DNA from: Octopus sinensis
Taxonomy: Eukaryota
NCBI RefSeq assembly: GCF_006345805.1
Contig: NC_043017.1
Coordinates: 5,332,001-5,396,000, forward strand
Length of the DNA: 64,000 nt
Reading direction: 5' to 3'
The translations under genes and the position numbers were made by a program. Position 1 is the stretch's first letter. The number at the start of each line of letters is the position of its first letter. Under the pieces are notes generated by a model that was not told the origin of the DNA, searched no databases, and worked only from the letters and a program-made list of their open reading frames with translations. This document shows positions 49,364 to 62,977 of this stretch, piece by piece.

Positions 49364-49430
49364 TAAATTCAACTTATGTTGAACATGAACTAACAAAGTT
49401 TGCTTTAGAAGCATTGAGATGTATGGAAAG

Positions 49431-49677
49431 ATACAGATAAGGAAATAATTTTATTCTCAGATGCACGATAATGCTGATAATATAGCATGAACAGGATGAA
49501 ATATCCATATTTTGCAGAAAAATCTGTTAGTGGCCAGCCGTGAGACTTGAACTCACATCCCTGTGATTATAAGTCCGCTGACAGATTTTTCTGCAAAATA
49601 TGGATAGTTTATCCTGTTCATGCTAAATTATTAGCATTATCCTGCTTTTGAAAATAAAATTATTTCCTTATCCGTAT
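49431..49677. mobile_element. Fold-back element, arms about 100 bp, loop resembles the 3' half of a tRNA
   Basis: ATACAGATAAGGAAATAATTTTATT ... AATAAAATTATTTCCTTATCCGTAT; loop 49531-49577 on the minus strand contains the T-arm GTGAG-TTCAAGT-CTCAC. Confidence 0.8.
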
Positions 49678-52431
49678 ATATATATAGAAACAACCATCTA
49701 TATATATATATATATATATATATAGATGGTTGTTTCTATGGCCACTCAGTAGGATCATTGGATTTGCACCTATAAAGCTCTTAGCAGTTATGGGCAACTT
49801 TTCAGACTCAAATGGCCGGCCACACTACCCCTATATATATTAGTTTCTAATATGTGTGAATGTGTATAGAATATATCAGTTGAAAAAGTAAAGAGGTACT
49901 AAAATTGTCAAGAACTCAACTGTCAGTTGAAACCTAATAAGTACACTATGTATGAAAGTGCTAAATTTGTTAAAGTAACGTAATAAAAAACATGAAAACC
50001 AGCCAATGCTTTATCTTTATTCAACTGATATATATATATATATATATACACATATAAATATATATATATATATATAAAAGAAATAATTGAGATTCAATTG
50101 AATTAAGTACTTAAGTTGAAGCACCAAGTCAGTCTGGCATTATCTGCACAGTTTGAAGTAAGGTGAATAAGAATCAAAATAAGCAACAGGATATTAAGAG
50201 GTGATGCAGTACAGCTGTTTCAAGTGGCTCCATTTAATCGAAACATACACTGCAAAGATGCAAATAGCCATAATGGCAAAACGTGTGTAGGGAACATCAT
50301 ACTTGAAGCAGATACATTGTTGAAAGCCTCATAAACTGCAGTATTTGTCTCAAGAATGCATCTCTTATAGATGTATAGTGTTAAAAAAAAAAACACAGAA
50401 ATATTCAGTAGCAGATGAAAATTGTCCAGCAGGGGTGATAGCACTGCTAGATGCACATTTCTGCATGTATCTGCTTTATGTATAATACACAGGTTGCTTT
50501 TATAGACTGTTACTCATTCTGTCACTCATAATGAATACACACACTAACTTATTGCGGAGGGACTTAAACCTACAAATGTGCGTGGGCAGACTTAATATAT
50601 GTAAAATAGATAAATCTTAAATGTAGTTCTTAAACTTGATGGGGGACAGGTGAGAGAAGGGAGAGAAAACGGCATGATTTTGTTTAAGACTCAAACCCAT
50701 TTTTTCATCAATTCTGCTAAAAATTATGATCATGTGACTATAAGAATAACTGGCAATATTTGAGAAATTAATTCTAGCAATTTGAACCTGCCTCTGGTTT
50801 GACTGTAATTAACAGGGTTAAATTACGTTTTGGCTCTGGATATAGGATGTTCCATAAATTAGGAAGGGGTGGGCACCACTGTAAACTTTCGTCTTCATGT
50901 AGTGGTTCTACAGTGGAGTTTGATCCTGCTGTCTTCTATTTTAACCCAAAGAAAAGAAGAATGGAGGGGATTTAAACCCAGCACATAAATCTAATGAAGC
51001 CACTCTTCACCCATGCCCACCACTGTCTAATGTCAGTGAGCTGCACTTCCCCTGTTTATGGCCGTGTGGACTTTAGTCTTGATCCATGAAGACTTAAGGT
51101 ACGGAGCCTGGACATTGTACAGAGACTGGACTAGGACTAGTGAGTCTTTGGCTGAGAGAGAACAGAGCTATGTCAAGAGACTGAACAGAAACCAGTGAGT
51201 CTTCGGTTGAGAGAAGACGGAGCCAATACCAAGTCACTCAGTATCAGTAACCAACATTTCAGTGTAGATTTGCAATGATGGAGTTAGAAGTGAAACATGG
51301 TCAACAGCAATGGCAGTTTACTAAAGATTGGCAGCCGAGAATTGATGTTTAATTGTGGACACAGCTGGCTGAGGTCTTGCCTCCTTATCCACCCCTTATT
51401 TGACTGTAGGCAGAGAAAGTAGAGAGAGAAATGACCAAGTGTTAAAGGAGGAGCAGCTGGGGAGACCTAAAAACTCAGTAGGTTCTACATAAATAGATCT
51501 CTATAAAAAAAACCCTAAAAAAACTGACCAAACTGCTTGAACTGAATTGGACTGTCCTGACTGCTTGACCAAAACTGGAAAGAAACCCCAACTAAACAGA
51601 CTAATTTTGCCCCCCTTTTTTTTCTTCCATGATTGGTCTATTTATATGAAAAGTGTTGACACAAATAGAAAGGGTGTAGAAAGAAAGAAAATAGAGTAGT
51701 GAGTGCCAGATGGGAATTTATCAGGATCTGTTAAAATTGTTTTGATTCCTTTCTTTAATTCAGAATTTGCATTTGTGTCTACATCTTTGTATAGATATTG
51801 ATTCATTAAATAAGCTCCAACTATCTAAATATACATAAAAGTAAATATATATAACTACATGCTTGAAGCGGGGATACTGTATTTCAAAACTAGAATACAT
51901 TGTGTGTGTGTGTGTGTGTGATATATATATATAAAAGGTAATATGAATTTAGTCTCATGGCAGCCAAGTTATGATACCGAATGGTTTCATGCTGAAGACC
52001 CAATTGTGGAGAAGTAAATTATCAATCACTGGACATAGCATTAAGTTGTTATGTGCAGGTATGGCTGTTTGGTTAAGAAGCTTGCTTTGTAACCATATGG
52101 TTTCAGGCTCAGTCCCACTGCATGGCAGAAATTTGGGGCAAATGTCTTTTACTGTAGCCCTGGGCCAACCAATTTCTTGAGAGTGAATTTGGTTGACCAA
52201 AACTCTGTGCATGCCACTTGACAGCTAGTGTTGATTTATTTACATCCTTGTGACTTAGCAGTTTGGCAAAAGGTACTGATAGAATAAGTACCAGACTTAA
52301 GTATTGGGGTTGACTTATTTGACCAGGACCTTTCAAGGTGGTGTCATAGTGTGGCTGTGACCCACTGACTGAAGCAAGTAAAAGATATGACACACTATTT
52401 AGTATAGGGCTCTCTATACATCACAATATAG

Positions 52432-52468
<37 letters not shown>

Positions 52469-52546
52469 TTGACACATACACACTGTTTAATATATATCAC
52501 CATGTTATTTTGTGGCTATTGTACTTGGGTAACCTTATCCCCTATG

Positions 52547-53410
52547 CACTACCCTCTGTCAGTTCTGTATGAATAGACATATGGTTGTATAGGTAGTCTA
52601 TGAACAAAAGAGTTATTTCTAACATTGGATTTTCATTAAGTGACAGGCTGTTTCTGGACTCCTGGCTTCATCAGTGCTTTAGAAACCTGTCAGCTACATT
52701 TTCAAAGTTCCAAAGACAGTAATGGAAATTTGTTGAGAGGTTTCTTTGTGGAATTAAATGGGTGAATGGATAGATGAGAGTGTGCTGTGCTGCTGAGTAT
52801 AGAGCAAACCTGGGTGAATTTTGCTGTTCTATGAGGAGAAGTAAATTGCTGTGTTCCAGACAAGCCCTCTCCATTTCTTTGAAAGTGCAGAGGGATTGCT
52901 TGCTCAGCACTATAAAATATACTAATGGAATTGAAGTTCCATTGTTGGGTTTAAATGCGACTATATCAAACATGGATTTGTGAAAAATCTAGATAATCAG
53001 TTATTTCACCAACTTGATAATATTCTTTTTAGATAAAAAGCTACCTTCTACAACTAAATAGAGCTTGAACCTGAATCTTCTGGTGTAACAGGCTGTCTGT
53101 AACCTACCTCCTCATTCAAGCAGTTTTTCTATCCTCCCATAACCACAGATTAGGCATATCCCTTCCATGCAACTTTTAAAAAAAGTCTTGAAAGGTATCT
53201 AATATGTTACTGACGAAACTTTGGCACAAGGCAATCCAAAGACCAGTCTTCAATGATACAACAGCACTGCTGACACTACCTCTGTCAGTTCTGTATGAGT
53301 TGGCAGACAGCAATACACATAACCTTAGAAATAACTATGTTCATAAGCTGATTTTTCATTAAGTGACAGGCTGTTTCTGGACTCCTGACTCATCAGTGCT
53401 CTAGAAACTC
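52547..53410. repeat. Two copies of a unit of about 140 bp (52547-52695, 53274-53410)
   Basis: CACTACC(C)TCTGTCAGTTCTGTATGA and TTTCATTAAGTGACAGGCTGTTTCTGGACTCCTG are shared. Confidence 0.8.
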
Positions 53411-54072
53411 CAAACAGCTTTGCATATTTCTGGCCTTGTACTAATATAGAGATAATACAGTTGGTTACATCAATCCCCAGTACATCACTGGTACTTAACA
53501 ATTCATAGAGGATTTTAAATACAAGTCTTTTAATTCTAAAATATACCATTTCTCTACATTAATAATAAATTAAGGAAAATATAAAGTACACTAGCATTGG
53601 TTTATCTGTTGTTGACAAAAAATTATAAATGGAATAAGGGACACTCAGCCACTACCACCAACACCACCACCACCAACATTGTTACCTCCACCACTATCCT
53701 CCTTAACATCATTTGAGTTTGGAAATATTGACTTGCTAAGATTGTTTTTTTTCTCGCTTTTTTGTGTAAAAAAAAAAGTCTTAATAATAATGATAATAAT
53801 AATAATATTGACAATCCTTTTTAATTGTAATAAAATTCTTAACACGAAAACAGATTTGGTTGAGATTCATCCTGAAACTGTTCTCCCTCTTTTTTTATTT
53901 AGTCCTGTAAGTGTATATTACATACACATATAAACACACACACACACACAATGTGAAAGATGTGTGCTTGTTTTAAAACTATGCCATGGTTTCATGAAGT
54001 CAACACAGAAGGCATTTACATCCTAATGGCTATGTACATACATAAATACATATATATATATATATTATATAT

Positions 54073-54104
<32 letters not shown>

Positions 54105-54111
54105 CTGTAAT

Positions 54112-54321
54112 ATATGTGACAATTATTCGGTTGCCATAATAGAATTCTGAGTTTCGGATGTTGGGGCAGAAATCTGCTCCGTCATCTCGTCAGTTATTAA
54201 GACAATTAAAAAAATGCATTTTTTTAATTGTCTTAATAACTGACGAGATGACGGAGCAAATTTCTGCCCCAACATCCGAAACTTGGAATTCTGTTATGGC
54301 AACCAAATAATTGTCACATAT
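54112..54321. repeat. 210-bp spacer-less palindrome
   Basis: Centre AAAAAAATG|CATTTTTTT at 54216/54217; five mismatched positions in 105 bp by manual comparison. Confidence 0.95.
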
Positions 54322-55552
54322 TGTATTATGGATTAATTCCTCTATTTACATAATACTGAGGTCTCATTCATTCTTTTGTTGTCATACCATTACTATTAAT
54401 ATATATATGTATATATATATATTACATAAATATATATATATTACATAAATATATGTGTGTGTGTTTGTGTGTATGCATACATGTTTCTCCCCTACAAGTG
54501 TGTGTTGAACACAAATTGGTTTGTTGGTTTTCATCTATAAACATACCGTATTTTAACGTGTGTAAGGAACCCCCTAATTTGGGGGACTTAAAATGTGGAA
54601 GAAAGGTTTTATAAGGAATTATAATTCTATCCATATATAAGAAACTCCCATATTTTTTTAACCTAATTTTTGACAAAAAAGGGGTTCCTTATACACGTTA
54701 AAATACAGTATATATTGTCTATGTTGATAACACTCCAGTATGACCATGCTTGCAAAACTGTAAACAATACATGATGGATGTTTGTGTGTGTGTGTGTGTG
54801 TGTGAGAGTGAAAGAAAAATGGGTCAGTGGTTAATACTTCTGAGAAATGGTTTTGTTCATGGGGTGGGAATCCATCCATACCCAACCACAAACAAAACCT
54901 CGATATACTACAGAGCTGAGCTACTACCTAAGTTTGACTGGGGAAGTTTTGTTTGAGAAAGTGCAAGTTCCTATCCAGGAGATAGGAAAGTCTGTCTCGT
55001 TGCTTTAACACATCAGTCGTGTTACCAATGGCCCTGGGGATTGTGACAAAAAAAAAGAAACCATACTTCACATGTTTTTATGTCTATACACTCAGAAACC
55101 ATGTGTGTGTGTGTGTTTATGCTTTATTTGCGGGAATAATAAGGCTACCAATGGTTTCATGTTGGAGGAATCAACACTTTTCTAGCCTGCCACTAACGAA
55201 TGTTGGTACTTGTCTCAAATGTGGATGAAAATACAAAATGGAGATAAGTACGAGCTTTTCCATGTGGCAGGCTTGATAACTGTTAAGACATTCCTCTTTA
55301 AATGAAACCGTTGCTAGCCTGGTTAACTCACAAGTAAAGAAAGCTTATCCACTAATGCTCAATATTAGCATGTGTGTATATATATATATGAAATACAATA
55401 AAATGTTCCCCTCAAGAACCGTTGTGGATTTGTGTTATGTGCACCCACTGCAGAAGATGCAAATAGCCACAATAGAGAAATGTGCTTCTGGAACAAATGG
55501 TATAAAATGGTATCTTGTGTTTATCATATTTTTTTCCAACACACACACACAC

Positions 55553-55587
<35 letters not shown>

Positions 55588-57610
55588 AAATATATTTAAA
55601 ATACCTTTGAATTATTTAAACAATTGTTAATTTTATTTTATTTTTTTTTTATTGACTATAATACAAATTTTATACGTTTGTTGACTTAAAATTTGGTACA
55701 AGAGATCCACTGAAAGAAAAATAAAGTAAACTTTAATTTATCTTTATATTTATTTTTTATTATTTCTATCATTTTCGTTTATTTACTCTTTTACTTGTTT
55801 CAGTCATTTGACTGCGGCCATGCTGAAGCACCGCCTTTAGTCGAGCAACTTGACCCCAGGACTTATTCTTTTTGTAAGCCCAGTACTTATTCTATCGGTC
55901 TCTTTTTGCCGAACCGCTAAGTGACGGGGACGTAAACACACCAGCGTCGGTTGTCAAGCAATGCTAGGGGGACAAACACAAACACACACATACATATATA
56001 TATATATATACGACAGGCTTCTTTGAGTTTCCGTCTACCAAATCTACTCACAAGGCATTGGTCGGCCCGGGGCTATAGCAGAAGACACTTGCCCAAGGTG
56101 CCACGCAGTGGGACTGAACCCAGAACCATGTGGTTGTTTAGCAAGCTACTTACCACACAGCCACTCCTGCACCTTTATTTATTTATTTATTTTTTTTTTT
56201 GGTTGGTACCATCCTTCGTTATCCAAGCAGTTAATCGTGTCAACATCATTAGATGCTGATCCTGAGGGAGCAAAGCTGACGGAATTGAAATCTACAGCAA
56301 GGGATTTGTAATCTTGTTAACGACATTGCAATTAAATCCATGAATTGAGACACTTTGCACTCGAATGGCTCAGTCCGTCAGGCTGTAAATAGGAACAAAA
56401 GAGAGATCAGTGTATAACTGGGGACCATATGTTGCACATTGTGTTTGTGTGCCTCATAGCTTGCAGTTCTAGGTTCAAACCTTGTGAAGGTCGCTTGGAA
56501 AAGATGAACTCCACCACTTCCAAGTACTGGCTTGGTACAGTTGCATGAAGACATGGACCCCCTATTAATACTACTACTACATATAACCCAGTGAATTAAT
56601 TAAGGGTCTCATACAGTCACATTCGGGGTCTTTATGTATGAGGGGGTGAAGAATCCTTTTACTTGTATTATTATTATTATTATTATTAATAAGGTGGCGA
56701 GGTGACAGAATCATTAGCTGGGTGGGTAAAATGCCTGGTGGTGTTTCATTTATCTTTTAGTCATTTGCTTGTTTCACTCATTGGATTGCGTCCATGCTGG
56801 GGCACCACCTTGAAGGGTTTTAGTCAAACAAATCCCCCTCCCCTCCACCGCCACTATACTTACATTTTTAAGTCTGGCATTTATTGCATCAGTCACTTTT
56901 ACTGAACTGCTATTTACGGGGGACATAAATAAACCGACATCACTTGTCAGGCAGTGGTGGGAGACAAAAATATAAGTATGGTGCTGTGAGTTTGTTTTCA
57001 AATGTGTGGTGTTTAAGTTGAATACTTATTGTATTGGTCGGTCTCTTTAGCTGAACTGCTAAGTTACGGGGGACATAAATAAACAAACACCAACTGTCAA
57101 GCAGTGGTGGAAGACAAACAACAGTCACAAGTGTGTACACACACACACACACAACCTTAATGCTTGTTTTTTTTTATCGAGTTATAATAAAAACAATTTT
57201 ACATTAAACTAAAAGAATCCTCAATACTTTTTGTGGATGACATATTTATTATATTTGTTTTATAAGTATAGGGGTTAACAGTGACTTCGAAGTTTTGGCC
57301 TGGTAGCCATCATTGGGGTGTTTGATGAAAGCTAGCTGATCAAAACTTCAAAGTTAACTGTCACCATTTTTGTTAAACTATGATAAAAAAAACTACAGAC
57401 ATACACACATATTCTAAAGAAGAACATTACTGATGGTGACTTGGTCAGTTAAGCCATTGTCCAACAAAGGGAATAAAGGGCTGAAATTTTGAAGTCCCCT
57501 TCAATAATGTTCTTGTTTAAGAATAATAATTTTGTATTCCCCCAAAATATAATAAAAACAATTTTACATTAACCTGATGGGTTACTCTACAACTGAACAT
57601 AAAAAAACAT

Positions 57611-57980
57611 TAACAAGACCGCTCAGAGACTGCAAACCTCTGCCAAGGCAACACCAATGTCCTCTCAACATTTAGCTAGAGGGGATTTTTTGAATGAGAA
57701 TATCTGAAATAAAATTGACTGCCCTCACAAATGAGAATACTAAAAATGAACCCGACTGCTCTCAAAAATTAAGAAAAAGAAAAATAGGAAAATAGTCCAG
57801 AATTCTTGTCTGGTATAATATTGATCCCAAAATCTAATCAGTTTGTGCCAGTCATGAGGCCAAACGTCCCTGAAAATTTCATCTGAATCCATCCAGTGGT
57901 TTTTGAAATATTTTATCCACGGACAAATAAACAAGCATGACTGAAAACAATACCTCTACCTTTGCTAAGGTGGAGGTAAT
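57611..57980. mobile_element. Non-autonomous element with a terminal stem-loop (Helentron/HINE-like, tentative)
   Basis: Terminal hairpin TACCTCTACCT-TTGCTA-AGGTGGAGGTA at 57951-57978 and a related AACCTCTGCC word near the other end; class assignment is inference. Confidence 0.35.
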
Positions 57981-59171
57981 AATGTGTGTGTGTCTGTATG
58001 TATATTTGCATCTAATATATGTGTGTGTTTATATATATATAGTTAATCCAAACATGAAAACACAACAACGCAAGGACATGGAACAAATATAGTATTATTG
58101 GACGCTCAGGAAAGAAAGAAGGAGGATTTACCGTTTCGAGTGGAGCTCTTCGTCAGAGACATAGGAAAAGGAAAGATCCAAAGAAGGGAAGACGGAAGAA
58201 AACAAAATCGCCAACAGTACATACGCGGTCACATTTTGAATATATATATTATTCTTTTACTTGATTCAGCCATGCTGGAGCACTGCCTTTAGTTGAACAA
58301 ATTGACCCCAAGACTTATTCTTTGGAAGCCTTTTACTCATTCTGTTGGTCTCTTTGGCTGAACTGCTAAGTTACAGGGGACGTAAACACACCAACATCAG
58401 TTGTCAATGATGGTGGGGGGACATACACAGACACACAAATACATAATATATATATATATGCAATGGGCTTCTTTCAGTTTCCATCTAACAAATTTACTCA
58501 CAAGGCTTTGGTCGACCCAAAGCTATAGAAGACACTTGCTCAAAGTGCCACACAGTGGGACTGAACCCAGAATCATGTGGTTGGGAAGCAAGCTTCTTAC
58601 CACACAGCCATTCAAATATATTTATATATATAAGGGACGACAAAAGAATAATCAATCATCACTATAAGATGTGGTGGATTCATAGCTAAGTGCCTGTGGA
58701 ATACTCAGCCAACACTTCATTCAGAAGCATAAGTATATTGAGTTCTACACCAGATTATCATTATTATTGCAAAGCCGAAGTGAAATATCATCGTTGTCGT
58801 TTAACTTCCGCTTTCTATGCTGGCATGGGTTGGATGGTTTGACTGAGGACTAGCGAACCAGAAGGGTAGACCAGGCCCCAGTCTGATCTGGCAAGGTTTC
58901 TACAGCTGGATGTCCTTCCTAATGCCAATCACTCCGAGAGTGTAGCGAGGGCTTTTTACATGCCACCGGCACGGGAGCAAATAAGGCAGCACAGACATCG
59001 GTGTTTTCTAATATACAACTGATATGGGTGCCAGTCAGCTGACACCGGCATTGGCCATGACTGATTTCACTTGGTTCACCAGGTCTTCACAAGTATGGGA
59101 TATCACCCAACCATTGAAGGGTGATTTTAAATGGGCCAATTATATGACACAGACATTGGCCATGACTACGA

Positions 59172-59343
59172 TCTCACCTGGCTTGTTGGGTCTTCTCAAG
59201 CACAACATATCTCTAAAGGTCTTTGTCATTGCCTCTGTAGGGCCCAACGTTCAAAAGGTGTGCTTCACTACCTCATACCATGCCTTCCTGGGTGTACCTC
59301 TACCATAGGTTCCCACCACTGTTAAGCTGTCACGCTTCTGCAC
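59172..59343 (-). pseudogene. Degenerate C-terminus of an RTE-clade LINE ORF
   Basis: Minus-strand translation VQKRDSLTVVGTYGRGTPRKAWYEVVKHTF*TLGPTEAMTK resembles the RTE terminal GRGRPRKTW...L motif; in-frame stop; family F tail follows. Confidence 0.65.
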
Positions 59344-59404
59344 ACAGATCTCCTCATCTGGGGGCGGCAAACGGAAGGGCCACTCCGAGCGGCACACTTA
59401 CTAC

Positions 59405-59700
59405 GCTAGTATGTATGTGTGTATGTGTGTATATGTGTATGTATGTGTGTATATGTGTATGTATGTGTGTATGTATGTGTGTATGTGTGTATGTATGTGT
59501 GTATATGTGTATGTATGTGTGTATATGTGTATGTATGTGTGTATATGTGTATGTATGTGTGTGTATATGTGTATGTATGTGTGTGTATGCGTGTATGTGT
59601 GTATGTATGTGTGTATGTATGTATGTATGTATGTGTGTGTGTATGTATGTATGTATGTATGTATGTATGTGTGTATATGTGTGTGCGCGTGCGTGCGTGT
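59405..59700. repeat. Compound (TG)/(TATG) microsatellite
   Basis: Directly visible. Confidence 0.95.
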
Positions 59701-61194
59701 TCATCCCCCACCACTGCTCAACAACAAGAGAGATCGATTGAATACGTACCAGGCTTAACAAAAATACTAGAGTCGATTCATTCGACTAAATGTTGTTGAA
59801 GGCGATGCTCCAGCATGGCCGCTCTCCAGTGACTGAAACAAGTAGAAGACTGAAGTTTTGCTTTAACTCAAAAGAGGTTCACAGAGGTAAATGTTATTTT
59901 AAATCGAAGAACTCTACAGGAAATAATTTAGAAAAATATCTCAGACGATTCCAAAACTTTGCAGGACTATTCTCGTGAAAGTTAAACCGAACCATGCTTT
60001 TAAAAATATTTAAAATGCCAAGAAGAAAAGAAAAGAAAAATCAAAAAAAAAATCAGTGAAGTTATGTTGAAGTGATTCATTTTCGACCAGATCTCAATAC
60101 TGGGACAATTTCTTGTAGATCTAAACACGATTTTTTTGGTAACAATGGTAGTGCCCCAGTATGACTGCAGCTTTAAAGCTGAAAAAGGTTAAAGAGTTAT
60201 GAGACTATTTTTCACGTCCGTCACATCCACTTTTGTCATGCACATCTCGCCAGGTCAGTGAGAATTGTAACCATAGGCATTATTGTCCGGTAAACACAAG
60301 AATCTCTTCGAAATTTCAGGGTCACTGTAAAGAAACATTGTGGCCAAGGAATGGCGCCACTTTCCTCAAAACCTTAAAAACTCCCATACCGGGACCCTAC
60401 CCTCTGATGCAGTTTAAAGTTATAACCAGGACATACGTACATACCTGCAATTATTGGGGAACTGGGGTGTGTTACATACTTCCTAAATACCAATCTTGAG
60501 AAATTAGGCTTCTCAAAACCAGAAAGGAGAACGCCGATTTGAAGACTACGGATCCAATCCATCACTGGAACGGTAAAAATCTATAAATCTTTCCAGAAGT
60601 TAATCATTTAAGTATATATAAGCATGTCTAGATATGCAACTATATGCATGAGAATATATACGTAAGACAAAACATACAAATTTGGACGTATACATACGCC
60701 ACACATACTAAAATACCCTATTGTTGATGTTGAAATTCCAATGAAGGAGTCTTGGGCCTAGGTTAGAAACCGGCTCTTTCGCTATTGGCCAGAAGTCTTG
60801 AAATAAAACTGAATAATGACATGCACACACACACACACACATACATACATACATGCACACATACATACACACACGTTTCCTGATTTTTTCCCTCCTTTCT
60901 TGATTCCATGTAAAACTTTAGATCTTGTTCTTGGGAGTGTCGTTACGCCAATAATAAAAGTGCGCGTGTGTATCATTATTGACGTAATGACCCTCCAAAG
61001 ACAAGTCTAGTTTCAACACACAAATTCGCATCAAGAATGTTACGAACCAAGTTTAAAAAAAATACGAAGTACTTTTCAGCTGCATGTAAGGCAAAACAAA
61101 AATAAATTAGTGTCAAGGGAAATAACTCTTAATAGCTAATTACGTCCCTTTGTTATTCCTTGTTTTATCTTTATTAGTATGTGACAGAGACTGC

Positions 61195-61560
61195 GGATTA
61201 TTGAATTTAAATTTTGGCACTAGGCCAGCAATGTCGGGAGAGGCGGATAAGTCGATAACATTGACTCCAATGTGCCACTGGTACTTATTATAAAGATCCC
61301 GAAGGGATGAAGGGCAAAACATTGACCTCTATGGAATTTGAACTCAGTACTAAAGACGGGCGAAATACCTATTTCTTTACTGCCCAAAAGGGGCTAAACA
61401 CAGAGGGGACAAACAAGGACAGACAAAGGGATTAAGTCGATTACATCGACCCCAGTGCGTAACTGGTACTTAATTTATCGACCCCGAAAGGATGAAAAGC
61501 AAAGTTGACCTTAGTAGAATTTGAACTCAGAACGTAACGGCAGACGAAATACCTATTTCT
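61195..61560 (-). mobile_element. SINE family C tandem array (minus)
   Basis: Repeated units joined at GAAATACCTATTTC (61362-61375 and 61546-61559). Confidence 0.8.
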
Positions 61561-61581
61561 TTTCTACTGGGGGACAAGCAT

Positions 61582-61615
<34 letters not shown>

Positions 61616-62357
61616 GTGTGTGTGTGTGTGCTTGTCCCCCACCATCGCTTGACAACCGATGTCGGTGTGTTTACGTCCCAGAAAGTTAGCGGTTCGGTAA
61701 AAGGGGGTCCGATAGAATAAGTACCAAGCTTACAAAGAGTAAGTCCAGGGGTCGAGTTCTTCAAATAAACAGGTGGTGCTCAAGCATGGCCACAGTCAAG
61801 ATGACAAACAAGGAAAAGAAAACTTAATTGAAGAAATGCAAGAAAGATAAAAATTAACAAGGGAAGTAACCTATGATGGACTAATGTTTTTATAATATAC
61901 AGAGTTACTTCCCTTGCATTATTAGCCGGTATTATTGTTTAACGTGTTTTCTTAATAAAATATAATAAAAATTAATAATTTAACTTGAATTTAACATGAA
62001 ACGTAAAATTTATGGTTGAAATAACAATGCTCTCATTAACTTTCAATGTCACGTTTCTTTACGTAGTTTAGATGTGCGTTCTTGTCTTTTTTTTAACTCT
62101 TTTCTGAAGGACTCGACGGAACCGTTTACGAGTGAAACAATGCTTAGAGGCAATTTCTCCGGCTTTAAATTCAAATGATGCCGAGCTCAGCTTTGCCTTT
62201 CATCCATTTGGGGTCGGTAAAACAGGGTGCCAGTCGGGCAGGGTGGTCGAAATTTCAGACTTTGTGCCAAAGTTAGAGAGAGAGAGAAGGAGGAGGAGGA
62301 AAGCCAGAGAGTATGTGTGTGTATGTGTGTGAACATATGGATATATGTGTACATTTA

Positions 62358-62772
62358 TATATATTTCTTTACTACCCACAAGGGGCTAAACATAAAGCGG
62401 ACAAACAAGGACAGACAAAGGGATTAAGTCGATTACATCGACCCCAGTTCGTAACTGGTACTTTATTTATCGACCCCGAAAGGATGAGAGGCAAAGTCGA
62501 CCTCGAAATTTCAACTCGGAACGTAACAGCAGACGAAATACCTGTTTCTTTATTACCCACAAGGGGTTAAACACAGAGGGGACAAACAAGGACAGACAAA
62601 GGGATTAAGTCGATTACATCGACCTCAGTGCGTGACTGGTACTTAATTTATCGACTCCGAAAGGATGAAAGGTAAAGTCGACTTCAGCGGAATTTGAACT
62701 AAGAACGTAACGGCAGTCGAAATACGGCTACGCATTTCGCCCGGCGTGCTAACGTTTCTGCCAGCTTGCCGC
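62358..62772 (-). mobile_element. SINE family C tandem dimer (minus), young
   Basis: Two co-linear units of about 185 bp with many CpGs; junction 62535-62548; full head at the right end. Confidence 0.85.
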
Positions 62773-62804
62773 ATTTATATACACACACAGACACACACAC
62801 ACTC

Positions 62805-62977
62805 AATATTTAGCAGAAGTGACAGAGTGAGTCAAGGTCCAAGAGTTTCGTGCGTTGACACTTATGAGATTTGCCACAGGTCGAAGATCTGTGAGTTTCT
62901 CGACCTGAGACAAGTTTGATAAGTGCCAACGCACGAAGGTTTCCGAATTTGAGTCAGTCTTACTTCTGCTAAATATT
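62805..62977. mobile_element. 173-bp fold-back MITE
   Basis: Perfect 16-bp TIR AATATTTAGCAGAAGT/ACTTCTGCTAAATATT plus inner paired blocks TTCGTGCGTTGACACTTAT/ATAAGTGCCAACGCACGAA and CAGGTCGA/TCGACCTG. Confidence 0.85.

Noticed and set aside
51040-51260. Possible LINE ORF remnant
   Set aside because: Only vague similarity with stops and frameshifts; I cannot support a family call by eye.
62104-62150. CTGAAGG-ACTCG...CGAGT-GAAAC hammerhead-like motif
   Set aside because: Stem II forms, but A9 is changed and stems I and III are not convincing; single copy in the window.
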